Source: Scenedesmus sp. PABB004
Taxonomy: Eukaryota
Direction of reading: 5' to 3'
Assembly: GCA_014905635.1 (NCBI GenBank)
Contig: JABVCE010000015.1
Span: 620,001-684,000, forward strand
Length of the DNA: 64,000 nt
A model generated the notes under the pieces. It worked only from the letters and a program-made list of their open reading frames with translations. It searched no databases and had not been told where the DNA came from. Shown one piece after another: positions 46,302 through 59,779 of the stretch; the first letter of the stretch is position 1, and the number at the start of each line of letters is the position of its first letter. Position numbers and translations under genes: made by a program.

Positions 46302-46969
46302 GCTTGCGCGGCGCGGCGCCGGCGTGTGACTGCGCGTGGGCCCCCCGCGAGCGAGCCAGTGGGTCAAGTCCCCTGTTGCACACACACAGCACACACATAA
46401 CACAACCACACACTGCTGTTGCCTTGTCGCCTTGTTCATTGTTGACCACTGCGCAGCCCCGCACGCTGGCCCTCTCGGCCGGCTCCTCGGACGCGGAACG
46501 TGGGGGAGAGGGGGGGGGGGGCGAAGAAGCACCATGGAATGCGCCTGACCCACCCGCCCGCCGACGCCGCCCGCCTCGCGTGCCCACGCCCCGCCGCACC
46601 AGCCACGCCCCCTCCCCGGGTCGCCGTGGCACGAGGCATTGACCATTGACCATTTGGTGCAAGTATCGCAGGCTCGCTTTCCGCCGCATCCCCTCGCACG
46701 CGCATGTGGCGTGCTTGCCGCCCCCACAACCGAACGAGCACCATGCAGGCAGGCACCTGCCCCCACCTGGTAGGCCGCCAATCCCTCCCCCTGCCCGCCC
46801 TGACTCTTGCGGACCCTGGCAGGAGGCCGTGGCCCGGCGCCGGGCCGCGCCGCGCCAGTTGATTGATGGTGATCAGCGCCGCCGCCCGCAAAGCGAGCCG
46901 GGCGATACAATTGAGGCCAGCCACACCAAGCGCTGCACGCAGCCCGCATCAGCGGTCACACAGCGCCCG

Positions 46970-49864
46970 TCAGTGGTGGTCCGCGTGGACGTAGTCAACA
47001 TAGATAAAGAGCGCCCGCAGCTTGAGCAGCCCCGCCACGGCCGCCGCAGCCGCGGCCGCGACGCCCGCCGCCGCGGCCGCGAGCGGCGCGGCCGCGCCCG
47101 CCGCGCCCGCCGCGCCCGCCGCGCCCGCCGCGCTCGCCGCGCCGGCCGCGGCCGCGACGAGCGCGCCGGCCGCGACCGCGCCGAGCACCGCCGCGACGGC
47201 GATGGCCGCCTGCGTCGCCGCGAGCGCGGCGGAGCAGTGCGGGCAGTGCTCCGTGTGCTGGCGCAGGCGGTCGAACACCGCCTCGCGCGGCAGCGCCGGC
47301 GGCAGCCCGCCCGGCCCGCGCGGCAGCACGGGCAGGCCCAGGCCGTGGCGGTCGAGCCAGCGCCGCCATGCAGCCACGCCGGCGTCCGCCTCAGCAGGCA
47401 TGTAGTACTGCTTGCGCCACGACGACACGTCGCCGCGCGAGTAAAACACGCGCTCCTGCGCGCCGCGCGGCGGCGGCGGACGCCGGCTGGCGGCCGCGCC
47501 GGCGCTGCGCGGCAGCCGGGCGAGTGCGGCGCTGCGCGGCCGCCGCGCAGCCGCCGCGACCCCTAAACCCTGAGCCTCAAGCCCTAAACCTCGAGCCCTG
47601 AACCCTGAATGTCAAGCCCGCACCCCCAGGTGCATGAAGTATGTGTCCCCGTCTATGATGGCGTTGCGGTTGAGCGCGTGCTGCAGCGCGGGGACCTGCG
47701 GGGACGCCGGCGGGCGGCGGGGCCGCCGGCGTGGCGCGGGGCGGCACGGGCGCGCGGGGGGCGCTCAAGAGGGGGAGGGCGACGGGGAGGCGCGTGCGCG
47801 CCCGCGGGGCGCGCGGCCGGGCCGGCACGGCGCCGGGCGCGGCGCCGGGCGGGCTGCTGCCGCGGCGGCGGCGCCGGCGCGGCGCCGTGCTGGGTCGTGG
47901 CGGGTGTCATGTGACATGACGTGACGTGACTCACCCGCTCCACGACGGCGTCCAGGAACCAGTTGAGCAGCGGCGGCAGCGCCGGCGTCGCGGGCCGCGT
48001 CTGCGTGCTGCCCGGCGGCGACACGAAAGACATGATCACCCGGCTCCACCCCGCTGCGCGGCGCGGCGGCCGGCGCGGCGGGGCGCGCGGCGCGGCGGTC
48101 GGCGCGGGGCGCGCGGCGCGGTCAGCGAGCCGCGCGCGCCGCGCGAACCGCGCGAGCCGCGCGCGCCGCGCGAGCGAGGGCGGGGCCCCCAGCCGCCGCC
48201 GGGCGGGCGGGCGGGCGGGCGCAAGCGCGCTGCAGCCCGGGCGGGCCTCACGCGCGCTGGGCATCGCGTAGAGCAACATGCTGATGGGCCCAGGGAAGGA
48301 GAACCTGGCGGCGGCGGCGGCGGGGCAAGGGCAGGCTCAGGGCCCTGCCGTCGGCGCTCGCGCGCACCCGTCCGGCGGCGGCGCGCGGCGCGGCGGCGCG
48401 CACTTGACGAGGCAGGGCGGCGTGAAGTCGACGACCTGCGCGCCAACGCCGCCGGCCTGGGGCGCGAGCGAGACCGCAAAGCCGCCACTGCAGCTCACTG
48501 CGCGGCTCAAGACCATGCCCAGGCGCTGGTCGCTCTCGCGGTCGCCCTGCGCGGCGGCGGCGGCGGCGGCGGCGCGGCCAGGGGGCGTTGTATCGCGCGG
48601 CCCGCCGCCGCGGCCGCGGCGGGCGACGCGCGGCGCGCGGCGGCGGCGGCGGGGCCTCGCACGCGCCGCGCACCAGCACGCCGTGGTGGGACTGTGGGAC
48701 GTGCGATGGGTCAACCAGGTTCTCCATGATGGTGTCAAAGCTCAGCGGGACGTCGCGCTGGAACCACGGCACCGCGAGGTGCCAGCCCTCCGACCCGAGC
48801 TGCGCGCACGCGGCGCGGGGCGGGCCTGCGGGCGCCGGCGCGGCGCGGCGCGGCGCGGGCGGCGTGGGGCGCGGAGCGCGCGCGGTGGCGCGCGCCGGGT
48901 TCAGGGTGCCGCGCGGGGCCGCACCCGCGGCGAGCAGGGCCGCCGCGTCTGCCGAGGCGTCTGGGTAGACCCAAAGCATGCCCTGCAGCTCCTGCCCCGG
49001 GGTCGCCGCCGTCCAGGTGCCGGGCGGGCGGGAGGGGCGGGCGCGGCGCGGGTGAGCCGCGGCGCGGGGCGGCGCCCCGCCGCGCAGCCCGGCTGGCGCG
49101 CGGCCGCGCGCACGCCCGCGCGCCCGCCGGCGGCACGCCCGACCGACCTGCACGGGGAACGAGCGCACGCACGAGCGGCTGCTGGCGCAGGCGGTGCGCA
49201 GCGCCTTGGGGTCAGCGATCTGGGGGATGGCGGTGCACGCGCCGTCGCCGTTCCACCGCCACCTGCGGCGCGGGCGGCGCGCGCGTCAGCTCGGCGCGCC
49301 GGCCCGGCCGGCTGCCGGCGGCGCGGGGCGCCGCCCCGCGCGTGCGCACCCGTGGTATGCGCACTGGATGTCGCCGCTCGCGGGGTGCACGCGGCCCTCG
49401 GACAGCGGCGCCAGCCTGTGCGGGCACACGTCCTCCACGCAGTGCCACGCGCCCGCGGATCGCCAGACGCAGAGCTTGGTGCCCAGGAGCGTCGCGGCGT
49501 TGGGCACATCGGCCTTGAGCGCCGTCAGCGCGGCCAGCGGGTACCACGCGGCGCGCCAGTCGAACAGCTCCTCGCCCGCCGCGGGCGCCTGCTCCTCCTC
49601 GCGCGCCGCCGCGGGCGGCGCCGTGGCAGCTGCGGTGGCCGCAGCGGCCGCCTGCGGCGCGCCGACGTCGCGCCGCGCGGCCTGCGGCCTGGCCTGGCGC
49701 AGAAGGCGCGGGCCCCGGGACGGGCCGGGCGCCGCCCGGCGGGCGCCGCTGGGCGGCCGCTGCCGCCGCTGCTGCTGCCGCTGCTGCAGCACCGCCGCGG
49801 CGCCCGCCGCGGCGCGCGGCGCGCCGCGCCCAGCGGCCGAGAGAGGGCGCCCGGCGGACAGCAT
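46970..49864 (-). CDS. Chloroplast Rieske/mononuclear-iron oxygenase, PAO/Tic55/PTC52 family
   Basis: Transit-peptide-like N-terminus, FDWRAAWYPL, Rieske DVCPHRLAPLSEG...IQCAYHGW, Fe site ENLVDPSHVPQSHHG, QHTEHCPHC, TM segment, and C-terminal FIYVDYVHADHH. Confidence 0.92.
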
Positions 49865-50882
49865 GATGGCGGCGGTGTCGTGAGCGCAGCGGCGGAGGGT
49901 GTGGGCGGGGCTGGCGGCGGCGCGCGGCTGTGGTCGGCGTTTGCTTGAAGCGCGGCGTCGTCAACCGCGGCAAAACGCCCGGCTGCCGGTGGCCGTGACA
50001 GAAAATGGCCTGCGCGCGGGAAATGCGCGAACGTGCGAGCGCAGCTGGGCGTCTAGGCACCGGTCGGAGACCACCGGCCAAGGTCGAAGACCGCCCGGCA
50101 CGACCGCCCTCCAGGGGCGCGTTCAGCTCGTTTTTTACAGCCCTGAAGCACACAGAGGTCAGATAACACAGTTTTGGCGTGCTTGTGCGTCGTTTCCGCG
50201 CCTGAGCAGCGAGCTGTTCAGCAGCTGTGAACTGCAGACCAAGAAGTTTGTGCCCAGGCCTCTCCGGGGCCCAACCCTGACCTGATGATGCTTGCCATTC
50301 CATTGATCGCCTATTGCGCCCGCTGCGGCCGCCGCTGCGGCCTCCTGCGCGCACGTGCTCGCCGGGGGAGGAAGCCCAAGCGGCAATTAGCTCGAGCCCG
50401 GCGGCCCCCGGCCACGCCGCCGCGCGCCGGCCGGCCACCGCAGTGAGCCTCATCAGGGAACGGTGATAGACCACGCACGCGACCCGATTAGCAGCCCGCC
50501 CCGCGCCGCCCACCCGCCCGCCGTCGCGCCTGCTCCGGGCACCTAGCCGCGCGCCACGCACGCGGAACGACATGCCCGACGCGGTGCGTGTGTTCGGGAC
50601 GCGCGCTGCGGCCGCGCGCGCGCCCAGGGCGCCGCCTCAGCCCCCGGCGACCGGCCAGTCGGATGGCAACCCCCGCGCCGCGCTCGCGCGGCCCGCGGCC
50701 CGGCGCGGCCACCGAACCGCTTTATCAGCGGCAGGGGAGCGCCCTGACTGGCGCGCGGCGGCCGTCAGAGGCGCCTGGAGCGCGCGGGCTGTTATGTCTC
50801 GGTACGGACCCGCGCCCACCACACGCTCTCCCGCGCGCCGCAGGTCCGCGAGTCCGCCGGCGAGGGTGAGATCGACTTCACG

Positions 50883-52281
50883 ATGCCCCAGAGCACCAGC
50901 ACCAGCAGCAGCAGCGGGCAGCAGCAGCCGAGCAGCAGCAGCGCCGGCCGCAGCACCGACAGCGCCGGCGGCCGCAGCAGTGCCGGCGGCGCGAGCAAGT
51001 CCTCCTCGTCGAAGCAGTCCTCCAAGCTGTGCAGGGTGAGCGCGCCCGCCCGCCGCGCGCGGGCGCCGCGCGGGCCGCGACGCGCGCCCGCGGCGCGCGC
51101 CGGCAACCGACCCCCCTGCGCGCGCCCCGCTGCGCGCCGCCCAGGCGGTGGGCTGCTGCGTCGACCTCACCGCGCTGAGCAACCCCTACTGCGTCAAGAA
51201 GAACGTCTGCCCCGAGCACCTCAAGGTGCGCGGCGGCGGCGCAGCCGCGCCGGCGGCCCCGCCGAGCGCGCGCGGGGGCCGCGCCGCGCACGGCGGCGCC
51301 GGCGCCCACACGCCGCCCGCCCGCGCGCCGCGCCGCTGCCGCCCGCAGGCCGAGGCGATGCAGATCAAGGGCGGCGGCGACAAGCTCTGGCGCTTCTGCC
51401 AGCAGTGCGGCAAGCTCGAGCCGCTCGTGCGCTTCGCGGGCGACAAGCGCAGCTGCCGCAGCAGCCTGCAGCGCCGCCGCGAGAACGTGAGCCGCCTCAA
51501 GGCCGCGCGCGCGGACGGCTCGTACCGGAGCAGCCACTTCAGCCACCGCGGCGCCGCCACGGCGGGCGCGGGCGGCTTTTACGGGATGCTGCCCGGCGCG
51601 TTCTGGGCCATGGCGGCGCCCGGCGCGGCGGCGGCGGCCATGCACGGCGGCGCCGCGCCTGACGCGCTGTGGGAGCTGCACGCCGCACATGCGCACGCGC
51701 ACGCGGCGGCCGCGGCCGCGGCCGCGGCGCAGCACGGCGGCCTGGCGCAGCAGCAGCTGCTCGGCCTCGGCGCCGCGTGCGCGCCGGGCGGCGCCGCCGT
51801 GTCCGGCCCGCTCCCCGCGGCGTCGGCGCCCGGGAGCGCGCTGACGGGCTCGCCCGAGCTCAGCTCGCACCCCAGCGGCTCGGTCGTGGGCCTGGATGAC
51901 GACAACCTGCTGGACGCCCTGCTGGAGCACGAGATCGGCAGCGCCATGGCGCTGCTGGGCCAGCCGTCCGCGCTCGACGGCGGCGCGCGCAGCGCCAGCG
52001 CGGGCCCGCCGCTCGCGGCCGCGCCGCGCCCGCGCGCCGCGCCCGCGCGCCGCGCGTGCCCCGAGGCGGCGTGGGGCGCCGCCGTCGCCGCGCCGCCGGC
52101 GGCCGGCGCGCTGGCAATCGAGGGTGCCGAGGGGCAGCAGTCGCGCTACAACAGCCTCATGGCCCAGGCGGCCGAGGTGCAGGCCATGCTCGGCGAGCTG
52201 CAGGGCATGATCGAGCAGGAGGGCGCCCAGGGCCCGGCCCCGACGGCCTGGCACCCCCACGCCGGCGCGTTTGCCTGCTGA
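50883..52281 (+). CDS. SBP-domain (SQUAMOSA promoter-binding-like) transcription factor 1
   Basis: KLCR|AVGCCVDL...YCVKKNVCPEHLK|...WRFCQQCGKLEPLVRFAGDKRSCRSSLQRRR; two introns. Confidence 0.88.
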
Positions 52282-54853
52282 GCGCTGCGCGCGCGCCAGG
52301 GCCGCTGCGTGCCCTGGCGCCGCGACGCGCCGGCGGCGCTCGCTCGCATCACCAGCACTTGTTATACGACCCATGCCATGGGTGGGTGGGCTTGAAGCCC
52401 ACAGATGCTCCAACGAACGTTCCGTGACCGCGCTTTAGTTGCTTGCTTTCGACTGCTATACGGCTGCGTGGCTGGCGGCCGACCAGGCGCAGGTCAGGCC
52501 GCACGGGCTCTGCTGCTGGGCGCACGTACGTGTGCGGGGCAGGCAGGCGCGGCAGCGCAGCAACTCCAGGCTGTACGGCCTCTCTCTGGGATGTGTATTG
52601 CTGCGGGCGGCGGTGGCTACCGTCTGGGTTACGCAACAGGCATACGGGCATACGGGCGCAACTGGGCGCGGGCGCGACTGGGCGCGGGCACGGGGGCCAG
52701 GCAGCAGGCGGGTGGCCGGTCGGGTGTGGCCTTGCCGGCGCACGCCGAGCCCCCGCCACTGGTATGGTTGTTTTGTGAGAGGCTTGCCGTGTGGAGGCCG
52801 CGCTGCTGGTGTGCCCGATGCGGCGCCCGCTGTCGCAGCGCCGCTCGTGCGCGGTCGACAGGCGCGCGACCAAGACCACCACCTCGCGCGGGGGTGACCT
52901 AGGCAGACCGTTTGTTGTTGTTGCGGGGAAGGGCTATATGCTGCGGGAACGGGCTTCACACCCTGGCAAGGCATCTGGGGCGGGCGGGCTCGCCGGGCGT
53001 CGGGCCGGGCGGGTCGGCCCCCCACGGGGGCCCTCGCCCGCGCAACTTGCTTGGAGGGCTCCTGGAACCAACGTGGCGTGGCGGGCTCGGGGCTGTCCGA
53101 GAGCATAAGCGGCGGCGCTGGGCGCCCCACGGCAGAGCCACCCAACGCCCCGTGAGCGTTGGGTTGCGCGATGCCCCCCTACTACTGCGTTGTTCTTACG
53201 GCAGCGAACCGGGGTGCGCCCCGGTTGAGTCCAAACACGGCAAGCGGCCTGGCGGCTTGCCGGCACGCTGGCCGCCGCCCTTCTTTTGCTTTCCCTCGTT
53301 CCCCCCGTGCTAAGCAGCGAATAATGCTGCTGCGTGCAGCGCGCTTTTCACTTTAGCGCGGCTCCTCCGCGGCCGCTGCACCCCTTGCAGCGCACCCGCG
53401 CTGGGGCGCCCCCAGGTCGGTCGGTCGGCACCGCCGGGTCGCGCCCGACGATGGGCGCTCCAGGGCGCCCGCCGTGCCCGACCCCTGAACCTGAATGAAG
53501 GCAGGGACAGCGCCGCCGTCGCGCCGCTGGCACGGCACCCGGACGACGACGGCGCACTGTGGCGGCCGCGCTGCCACGCGCGCGCACTTTCTTGCTGCCC
53601 TTGCCCATTCTCCCTTGGCTGGCCTTGCATGCGCTTGATCCTTCTTTGCAACAGCGAGATCCACACACACACACACCTACGTACACTCACTCACACACAC
53701 GCGTATCAGTCTGCCTACCTTTTTTAAGGGCTCTGGCCCCCATCAACCTTGGCGCCCACCTGCGGCGCCCGCCGCCGGCGTGCTGCGGATTCCGCCCGGC
53801 GCGGGCGCTCGCAGGCGCCCCCTTCACTGCTTGTACACGCGAATCAAGTGCGCGCTGCAGCGCACGCACACACTAGAGCGCCTGCTGCTTTTTTTGAGCG
53901 AGGAGGAGTCGCGCTGCAACCCACACGAGTTCGCCCCGCCCCGCTGCCCGCCGCTGTCAGCCCGAGCGAGGCTCCCTCTCCCTGAGGGACACAGCACACA
54001 GCAGTTCCCGCCCGACCCCGTGACCTGCTGGCGGCTCGGCGCTCACACGGCCGCAGCACGTCGCCGCACCGTCGCCACCGCGTCCGTGACGCCGCGCGGC
54101 TCAGAGCGTTGTGCGGCTTGCGCCGCGGGCTCGGCCCGAAATCTGACACGCCTGGGGGCGTGAGGGCAGCGCCAGACCCAGCGCGACGCGCGTCAAGGGA
54201 TCCGCTATCTCCTCCCTTCACGCTTTCGCTGGCCTGCACCCGCGCGAAGGCCCGGCGAGCCCGTGCCGCGCGGCCACAACGCACTTCCAGCGCTGTTTAG
54301 CATGATGGGAGCCCGAATGTGTCAGGGCAGCGCCTCTGGAGCGAGTTCGTACAGTTCACAGGCCGCGCGAACTTCGCGAGCTGCGCGCACCGCGCCGCTG
54401 CACGCCGAGGCTCCGCCCGCCCGCGCCCCCGCCGAGACTTTGTCCGGAGTTTCCAAGGTCCTTGCACGTTGGCGTAACGGCACACGGCGACGCGCGCACC
54501 CATTAGTTGCGCGAGCGCCGCTGCCGCCTGCCCGCGGGCGTTGCCGAGCGCTCGGAGTGGCGATCAGCTGCGATACCACCGGCCCCAGGTGCGCGCGGCA
54601 TGCGCGGACGCAGCCAGCGGCAGCACGAGCCACCGCCGCTGCGCACGCCTCGTGCGAGCCACCCGGCCGCCGGCGGCTCCCGCGCCGCCCCGGCCCGGCC
54701 TGGAGCCTTCCCTGGGAGCGCTCGCACCCGTCCGCGGTGGCCGGCTCGCGGCCTGCCAGGGAGCGCGTCGCGCGCGCGCATTATAATCTTCACCCACGCC
54801 CCGCCCCCCGCCGCCCGCCCGCCCGCGTCGGCAGGCGGCTCCCCGACCCAGCC

Positions 54854-55805
54854 ATGACCACATCGCGTCGGCTCGGCGGGCCGGGCGCCCAGCCCTCGCA
54901 GCAGGAGAGCGCCGGCGGGCCCAAGCTCTGCCGCGTGGCCGGCTGCTGCGTGGACGTGGCCGCGCTGGGCCGGCCCTACAGCGCCAAGAAGCGCATCTGC
55001 CCCGACCACCTGCGGGTGCGCGCGCGATCGGCGCTTGGCGATCGGCGCGCGCCGCGCGCCGCGCGCAGGCCCGCCCCGCTCACGCGCGCGCCGCCGCCGC
55101 GCGCGCCGCCTCGCGCAGGCCCTGTCCGTCTGCTGCAAGGGCGCCGGGGACCAGCAGTGGCGCTTCTGCCAGCAGTGCGGCAAGCTGGAGCCGCTGAGCA
55201 TGTTCGACGGCAAGAAGCGCAGCTGCCGCGCGAGCCTGCGCAGGCGGCGCGCGCAGCTGGAGGTGGCGGCGCCCAAGCCCGCCGCCAGCCAGGCCCTGCT
55301 GCCGCAGGTGGTCGAGGCCGGCCACCCGGCGTCCGCCGCCGCGTGCGCGTGGGCGGCGCCCTGCTGCAGCGACAGCGCCGCCAGCAGCTGGGGCGCCGCG
55401 CCGCCCGCCGCGCCGCCCGTCGGCGCCGGCCTGGCGAGCGCGGAGCTCATCGAGGTCCACATGGGCGCTGAGCTGGACGTGGCGATCCAGCAGATCGAGC
55501 GGGAGATTCAGCTCGAGGCTCTGATTGAGCAGGAGCTGCTCGCCGCGGCCGCGGCGCACGCGCCGGCCAGCCCCGCGGGCTCGGCCGCCTCGGCCGCGAC
55601 CGCCGCGCCGCCGGCGGGCCAGCCGCGCCCGCGCGCGGCGGGCCTGCCCTCGGCGGCGGCGGCGTGCGGCGGCGCCGGCGCAGCGCGCGCGGCGCACGTG
55701 CTGGCGTCCCTGGAGGCGCTCGTGGGCGAGGTCGCTGCCATGCAGGAGCGCCTGCGCCAGGTGCAGAGCCTGCGCCGCGCCGCGGCCGCCGCGGCCGACG
55801 CCTGA
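54854..55805 (+). CDS. SBP-domain transcription factor 2 (tandem paralog)
   Basis: KLCRVAGCCVDV...YSAKKRICPDHLR|...WRFCQQCGKLEPLSMFDGKKRSCRASLRRRR; one intron. Confidence 0.88.
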
Positions 55806-57432
55806 CGGCCCAGACATTCGTCCCATTGCGGGAGCTGCTTCGGTGGGGGCTCGTCCTCGTCGCAACGGCAACGGACGCTTCAATCAAAAGGAATAACAAG
55901 GCTGGCGTGCGGCGCCGCCTTGAGAGCACTCGCCAAACTGCTACTATCGCGGACGGGCCGCTGCATCTCATAATACGCCCCCGCCGAGCCTCGGCGGGTG
56001 GGGGCGAGGGGCATGGCTCGGGGCCCCAGGCCTACTAGAGGGACGCTGCTTCTTCTTCTCCACGCGCCCGCCGCACACCAGCGGCGCGTGCTCTCGAATC
56101 AAGGCGGCGGCCGCGCGCGGCGCGCTTGGCCGGCTGGGATCGTTTGGTGGCACGGCGCGCGACTCCACCGCCGGCCTGGGAGCGAGCACAACCAGCACTG
56201 TGCGTGGCCTGCTTGCTTGCCTTTGGCGGCGGCGCATTCCCCTGCGCCTTCACGGCCAGGCCAGGCCTGGGCGGCCACGCCCACGGCACAAGCGGCGCGC
56301 GCGTGCGGCGGCTCTTCAGCCTGTTCAATGGCGGCACGGTGTGCCGCCACCCCCTACACATCACACACTGCTGGGCGCACGCACACACACTTTGCGTGCG
56401 GTGCGCGTGCGGCTGCTTCCGCTGCACTGCCGGCCCCGACGCCAGCACCACCACTATGCTCAAAAAGTTGCCAACTACACCAAACGGGGCGGACTGCGCC
56501 CCAACCAAACCCCAACGCACGCCACGCTTGCCTGCCTTGCACAACTCGCAACTGCTAGCAGCCCCTTCTTCTTCCCTTTTTCTTCTTCAGCCAGCAAGCG
56601 CGCCCCGGTTGCCCGGCCGCGCGGCATACTTCTGTGCCCACTTAAGTGCCCGGCCGCCGCGCCCTGCCAGGGTCGGCGGCTGCGGACGGGGGAAGGAGGG
56701 CGGGGACGGGAACGGGCTCGGATCGTGTCGTGTGCAGAGTGCGCGCGGTGTGTGGGCTACGCGCGCGCAGGAGGGTGCGCGCGCCCGCTCGGCGCGTCGC
56801 TGGGCTGCCCTTGCTAAGGGCAAGGGCAGCCCGCCTGCGAGCCGGGGCTGGCTGGCTGCGGTGCTGGGATCGCGCGCCGCCGCTCGCTCGCCACGTGCCG
56901 GCTTGCGCGCGCGCGCAAAGGGTGGTGGCGTTATCTCCATTGGCGTCCGCGCGTCTGGTCTGTTTGTTCCTCCGCACTCGCACTCGCACCCTCACACCCC
57001 GCCTCGCCTCGGCGCCTCCGACGACATGGGGCATGGGATGGGCGCCTGCCGGCGGCGGCAGGCGCGCATGCCAAGGCGTGCCACAGGCACGCGTGGCAGG
57101 CTTGTTTTTTTGTTTTTTGTGAGAGCGGGACAGGGTCGGGCCCCAGCCCAGCTGGGGCCCCCGTGACGCACTCTCGCGCGACGCGCGCGGTGTCAGCGCC
57201 GCAACTTCCTGAAAGCTTTTCAACAAATAACGACAGCGTGTTCAACCTTCCCATGCATTGATTGACCGCGGAGGGGACTGCTGCTGCTTGCTTGCAGCAG
57301 ACCCCCCTGCACCGGCGCGCTCGCGCGCCTGCAGCGCGACCCGCGCGAGCGCGGCGCGGGTCGTGGCGCACTGTCGAACGGACGCGGGCGGACGCACTGG
57401 ATTTGTCTGAGCTGAGTGTAAACTAAACCACG

Positions 57433-58418
57433 TTACGACCGAGGGCCGCCACCGCCCGGCGCGTCCAGCCCCTCGTCTGACCCCGCGTCGCGCGCGGCGC
57501 GCTGGGGCGCGCCCGGCGCCGCCGCCGGCGCCAGCAGCTCCTGCAGGCCGAGGTGGGCTAACAGCTCCAACAGGTAGCTGCCCGCCGCCGCGGCGCCCGT
57601 GCACTCGTCGTCCGCGCTGAGCTGCTGCTGCTGTGCGCGCGGCGCAGGCAGGCTGATGCGAGCCAACGGGCTGGCCGCGCCAAACACCGCGCGCGCCTGC
57701 AGCGCCGACACGACGCGGCGGAACGGCGCCGGCTCAAAGGGCCTGCGGGCAGGGCGGCACGGCGCGGCGCGCGTCGGCGAGCGGGTCGCCGCCACGCGCG
57801 GGCGCCCCGGGGCGGCCCCGCGCCCCGCCCAGCTCACAGATACAGCCGTCCCTCCCGGTCGCGCGGCGGCTGCTGGTCGCTGCCCGCCCGCAGCATCCGC
57901 GCCAGCCGGCTGCCAGGCACCTGGCGGGCCGCGGCGCGCCGTGCGGCGCGGGCGCGCGAGCGCGGCGAGCGAGCGGCGTTTGGGCGGGCGGCGTTTGGGC
58001 GTGGCAGCGGCGCGCGGCGGCGCCGCCGCGGCGGCGCCGCGCCCCGCGGCGCAGCGCGGCGCGCCACAAGCCCCCCGCGCCAGCCAGCCGCCCCCTCCTC
58101 CCCCCTGAGCACCTGGTGCAGCGCTGCTGCCGGCAGGCACATGTGCGAGCCGCTCACGTTGAGCTCCAGCAGCTCGCCGGGCCGCTGCGGCTGCGGCTGC
58201 GGCTGCTCGCCGCCGGCGCCGGCGCCGGCACCGCCGCCGCGCGACTGCAGCTCCTCGCGCAGCTCGTGGTTCTCGGCGCTCAGTTGCTCAATCAGCGCCG
58301 CCGCGTCGCCGGCCGCGGCGCGCTGGCGCAGCAGCGAGAGCTCGCGGTCCTTGGCCGCCAGGACGCACTCGAGCTGCAGCAACCGCAGCGACACGTCGCC
58401 CGAGCCCTCGGGCGACAT
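57433..58418 (-). CDS. Coiled-coil plus BTB/POZ (KCTD/T1-type) domain protein
   Basis: LLELNVSGSHM...|VPGSRLARML...PRDREGRLYL|PFEPAPFRRVVSAL matches the KCTD-BTB pattern. Confidence 0.82.
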
Positions 58419-59221
58419 GCCGCCGCCGCCGCGGGCGGTCGCCGCTGCCGCGCTCGGGCGCTCGCGCAGGGCGGTGCACGCAGGCCGCCGCTGCCCGGGC
58501 GCCGCCGCTGCCGCCGCTTCAGGAGGCTGCCAGAGGCGGCAGCCGCTGGTCTGGTCTCACCGCCGCTGCCGGCCCGGGGCGCCGAGCGCCGCCGCGCTGC
58601 GCGGGCGCCGCCGCCACTGCTGCCGCTGCTGCTGGCGCTGGGCACCCGCCTGCTCGCAGTGACCCTGACGCGCCAGGGAAGGACGTCAGGAGGAAGACGG
58701 CAGGCCGGGCTGAGCCTCGCGGGCTCAGGGCCTTGCTGCTCGCCCAAGTGTCCCCGGCACGCGCGCCCCGCGTCCCACAGTCGCCGCAGTCACGCACGCG
58801 GCCGGGCAGACCGCGCAGCCGCGCTCCGCGTCCCTCTCGATCGCCACCGGCTCCCCCGGCCCCCGCAGGCGCGGGCGCAGGCCGGATCCAGGCCCCAGCG
58901 GCGGGCCAGCTCCCTCCTCCCCAGGTGGGCGGCAGCACCGACCCGGGGCGGCGCGCTGGAGCGGGGGCGGGGCCATGCACGCGCCACGGCCCCCCGCTGC
59001 GCCTGCCCGGCGCGTGCTGGCCCGCCCCGCTGCCTCCCATCGCTGCCCGGAGGCGGTCCGGGGGCGGGGCGCTGGCGCCGGCGGCGCAAACGCGGCGGCG
59101 GCGGCGACAACGGCAGCAGCCCGCGCCCGCCCGCGCGCGGCGCTCCCCCTCCCCCGCTTACCCCGGCCCGTCCGTCCTCGCAGGCGTGACACCGTGCGCG
59201 CGCGCGGCGCCAGCAGCAGCC

Positions 59222-59779
59222 ATGCTTGAGGAGGCGCTGCCGCTCGCGATCGGCGTCGGCGCTGCGCTGCTGCCGGCGATGGCGTTTGGCGGCCTCGCCG
59301 CGGCGCGCGCGTTCATCTACCTCGGCGCCGGTGCGGCGAGCTTGGGCGCACCGGCACGCGGGCAGGCGGCGACGCCGCACCGCGGCCCGCCCCGGCCGCT
59401 GCGCGGCACCATGTCGCGCACGCCGCGCCTTGCCCACGCGCCGACGCACCCCGCGCCCGCCGCGCCGCGCAGCCGAGGCGGGCGTGCTGCAGGCGCTGGA
59501 GGAGGGCAAGTCTGAGGAGGAGGCACTGAAGCTCATCGACGCCGCCAGCCCCCTGGAGCGCGGTGAGCAGCAGCGGCCGCGGCGGCGCCCGCGCGCGGTC
59601 CCCAGCGCGGCGGGGCCTGCGGCGGCCAGCGCGCGCGCCGCGTGCGGCGGGCGCCCCTCGTCACGCCCGCGGCGCGCGCTGCCCGCGCCCGCCCCGCAGG
59701 CAAGGCGCCCGTGGTGGCGAGCCCGCTCGAGCGCCCCGGCCGGCCGGTGTATGGCTTTGCCGCGCGCTACGCGCAGTGA
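59222..59779 (+). CDS. Small (~90 aa) single-TM protein, 3 exons, unknown function
   Basis: MLEEALPLAIGVGAALLPAMAFGGLAAARAFIYLGA|AEAGVLQALEEGKSEEEALKLIDAASPLERG|KAPVVASPLERPGRPVYGFAARYAQ*; both GT-AG introns are phase-compatible. Confidence 0.6.

Noticed and set aside
43353..46949. 1198-aa minus-strand ORF (and many similar long Ala/Arg/Pro-rich ORFs)
   Set aside because: Antisense shadow of the TauE/SafE gene. Stop codons are rare at this GC content and no domain motifs are present.
47561..47610. True telomere or chromosome-fusion site
   Set aside because: The repeats are short, degenerate and inside an intron of an intact gene.
52282..54853. Gene or transposon in the long spacer between the SBP genes (also 55806-57432 and 62400-64000)
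   Set aside because: No coherent exon chain, transposase/RT motifs, TIRs or LTRs were seen; treated as UTR/promoter or intergenic.
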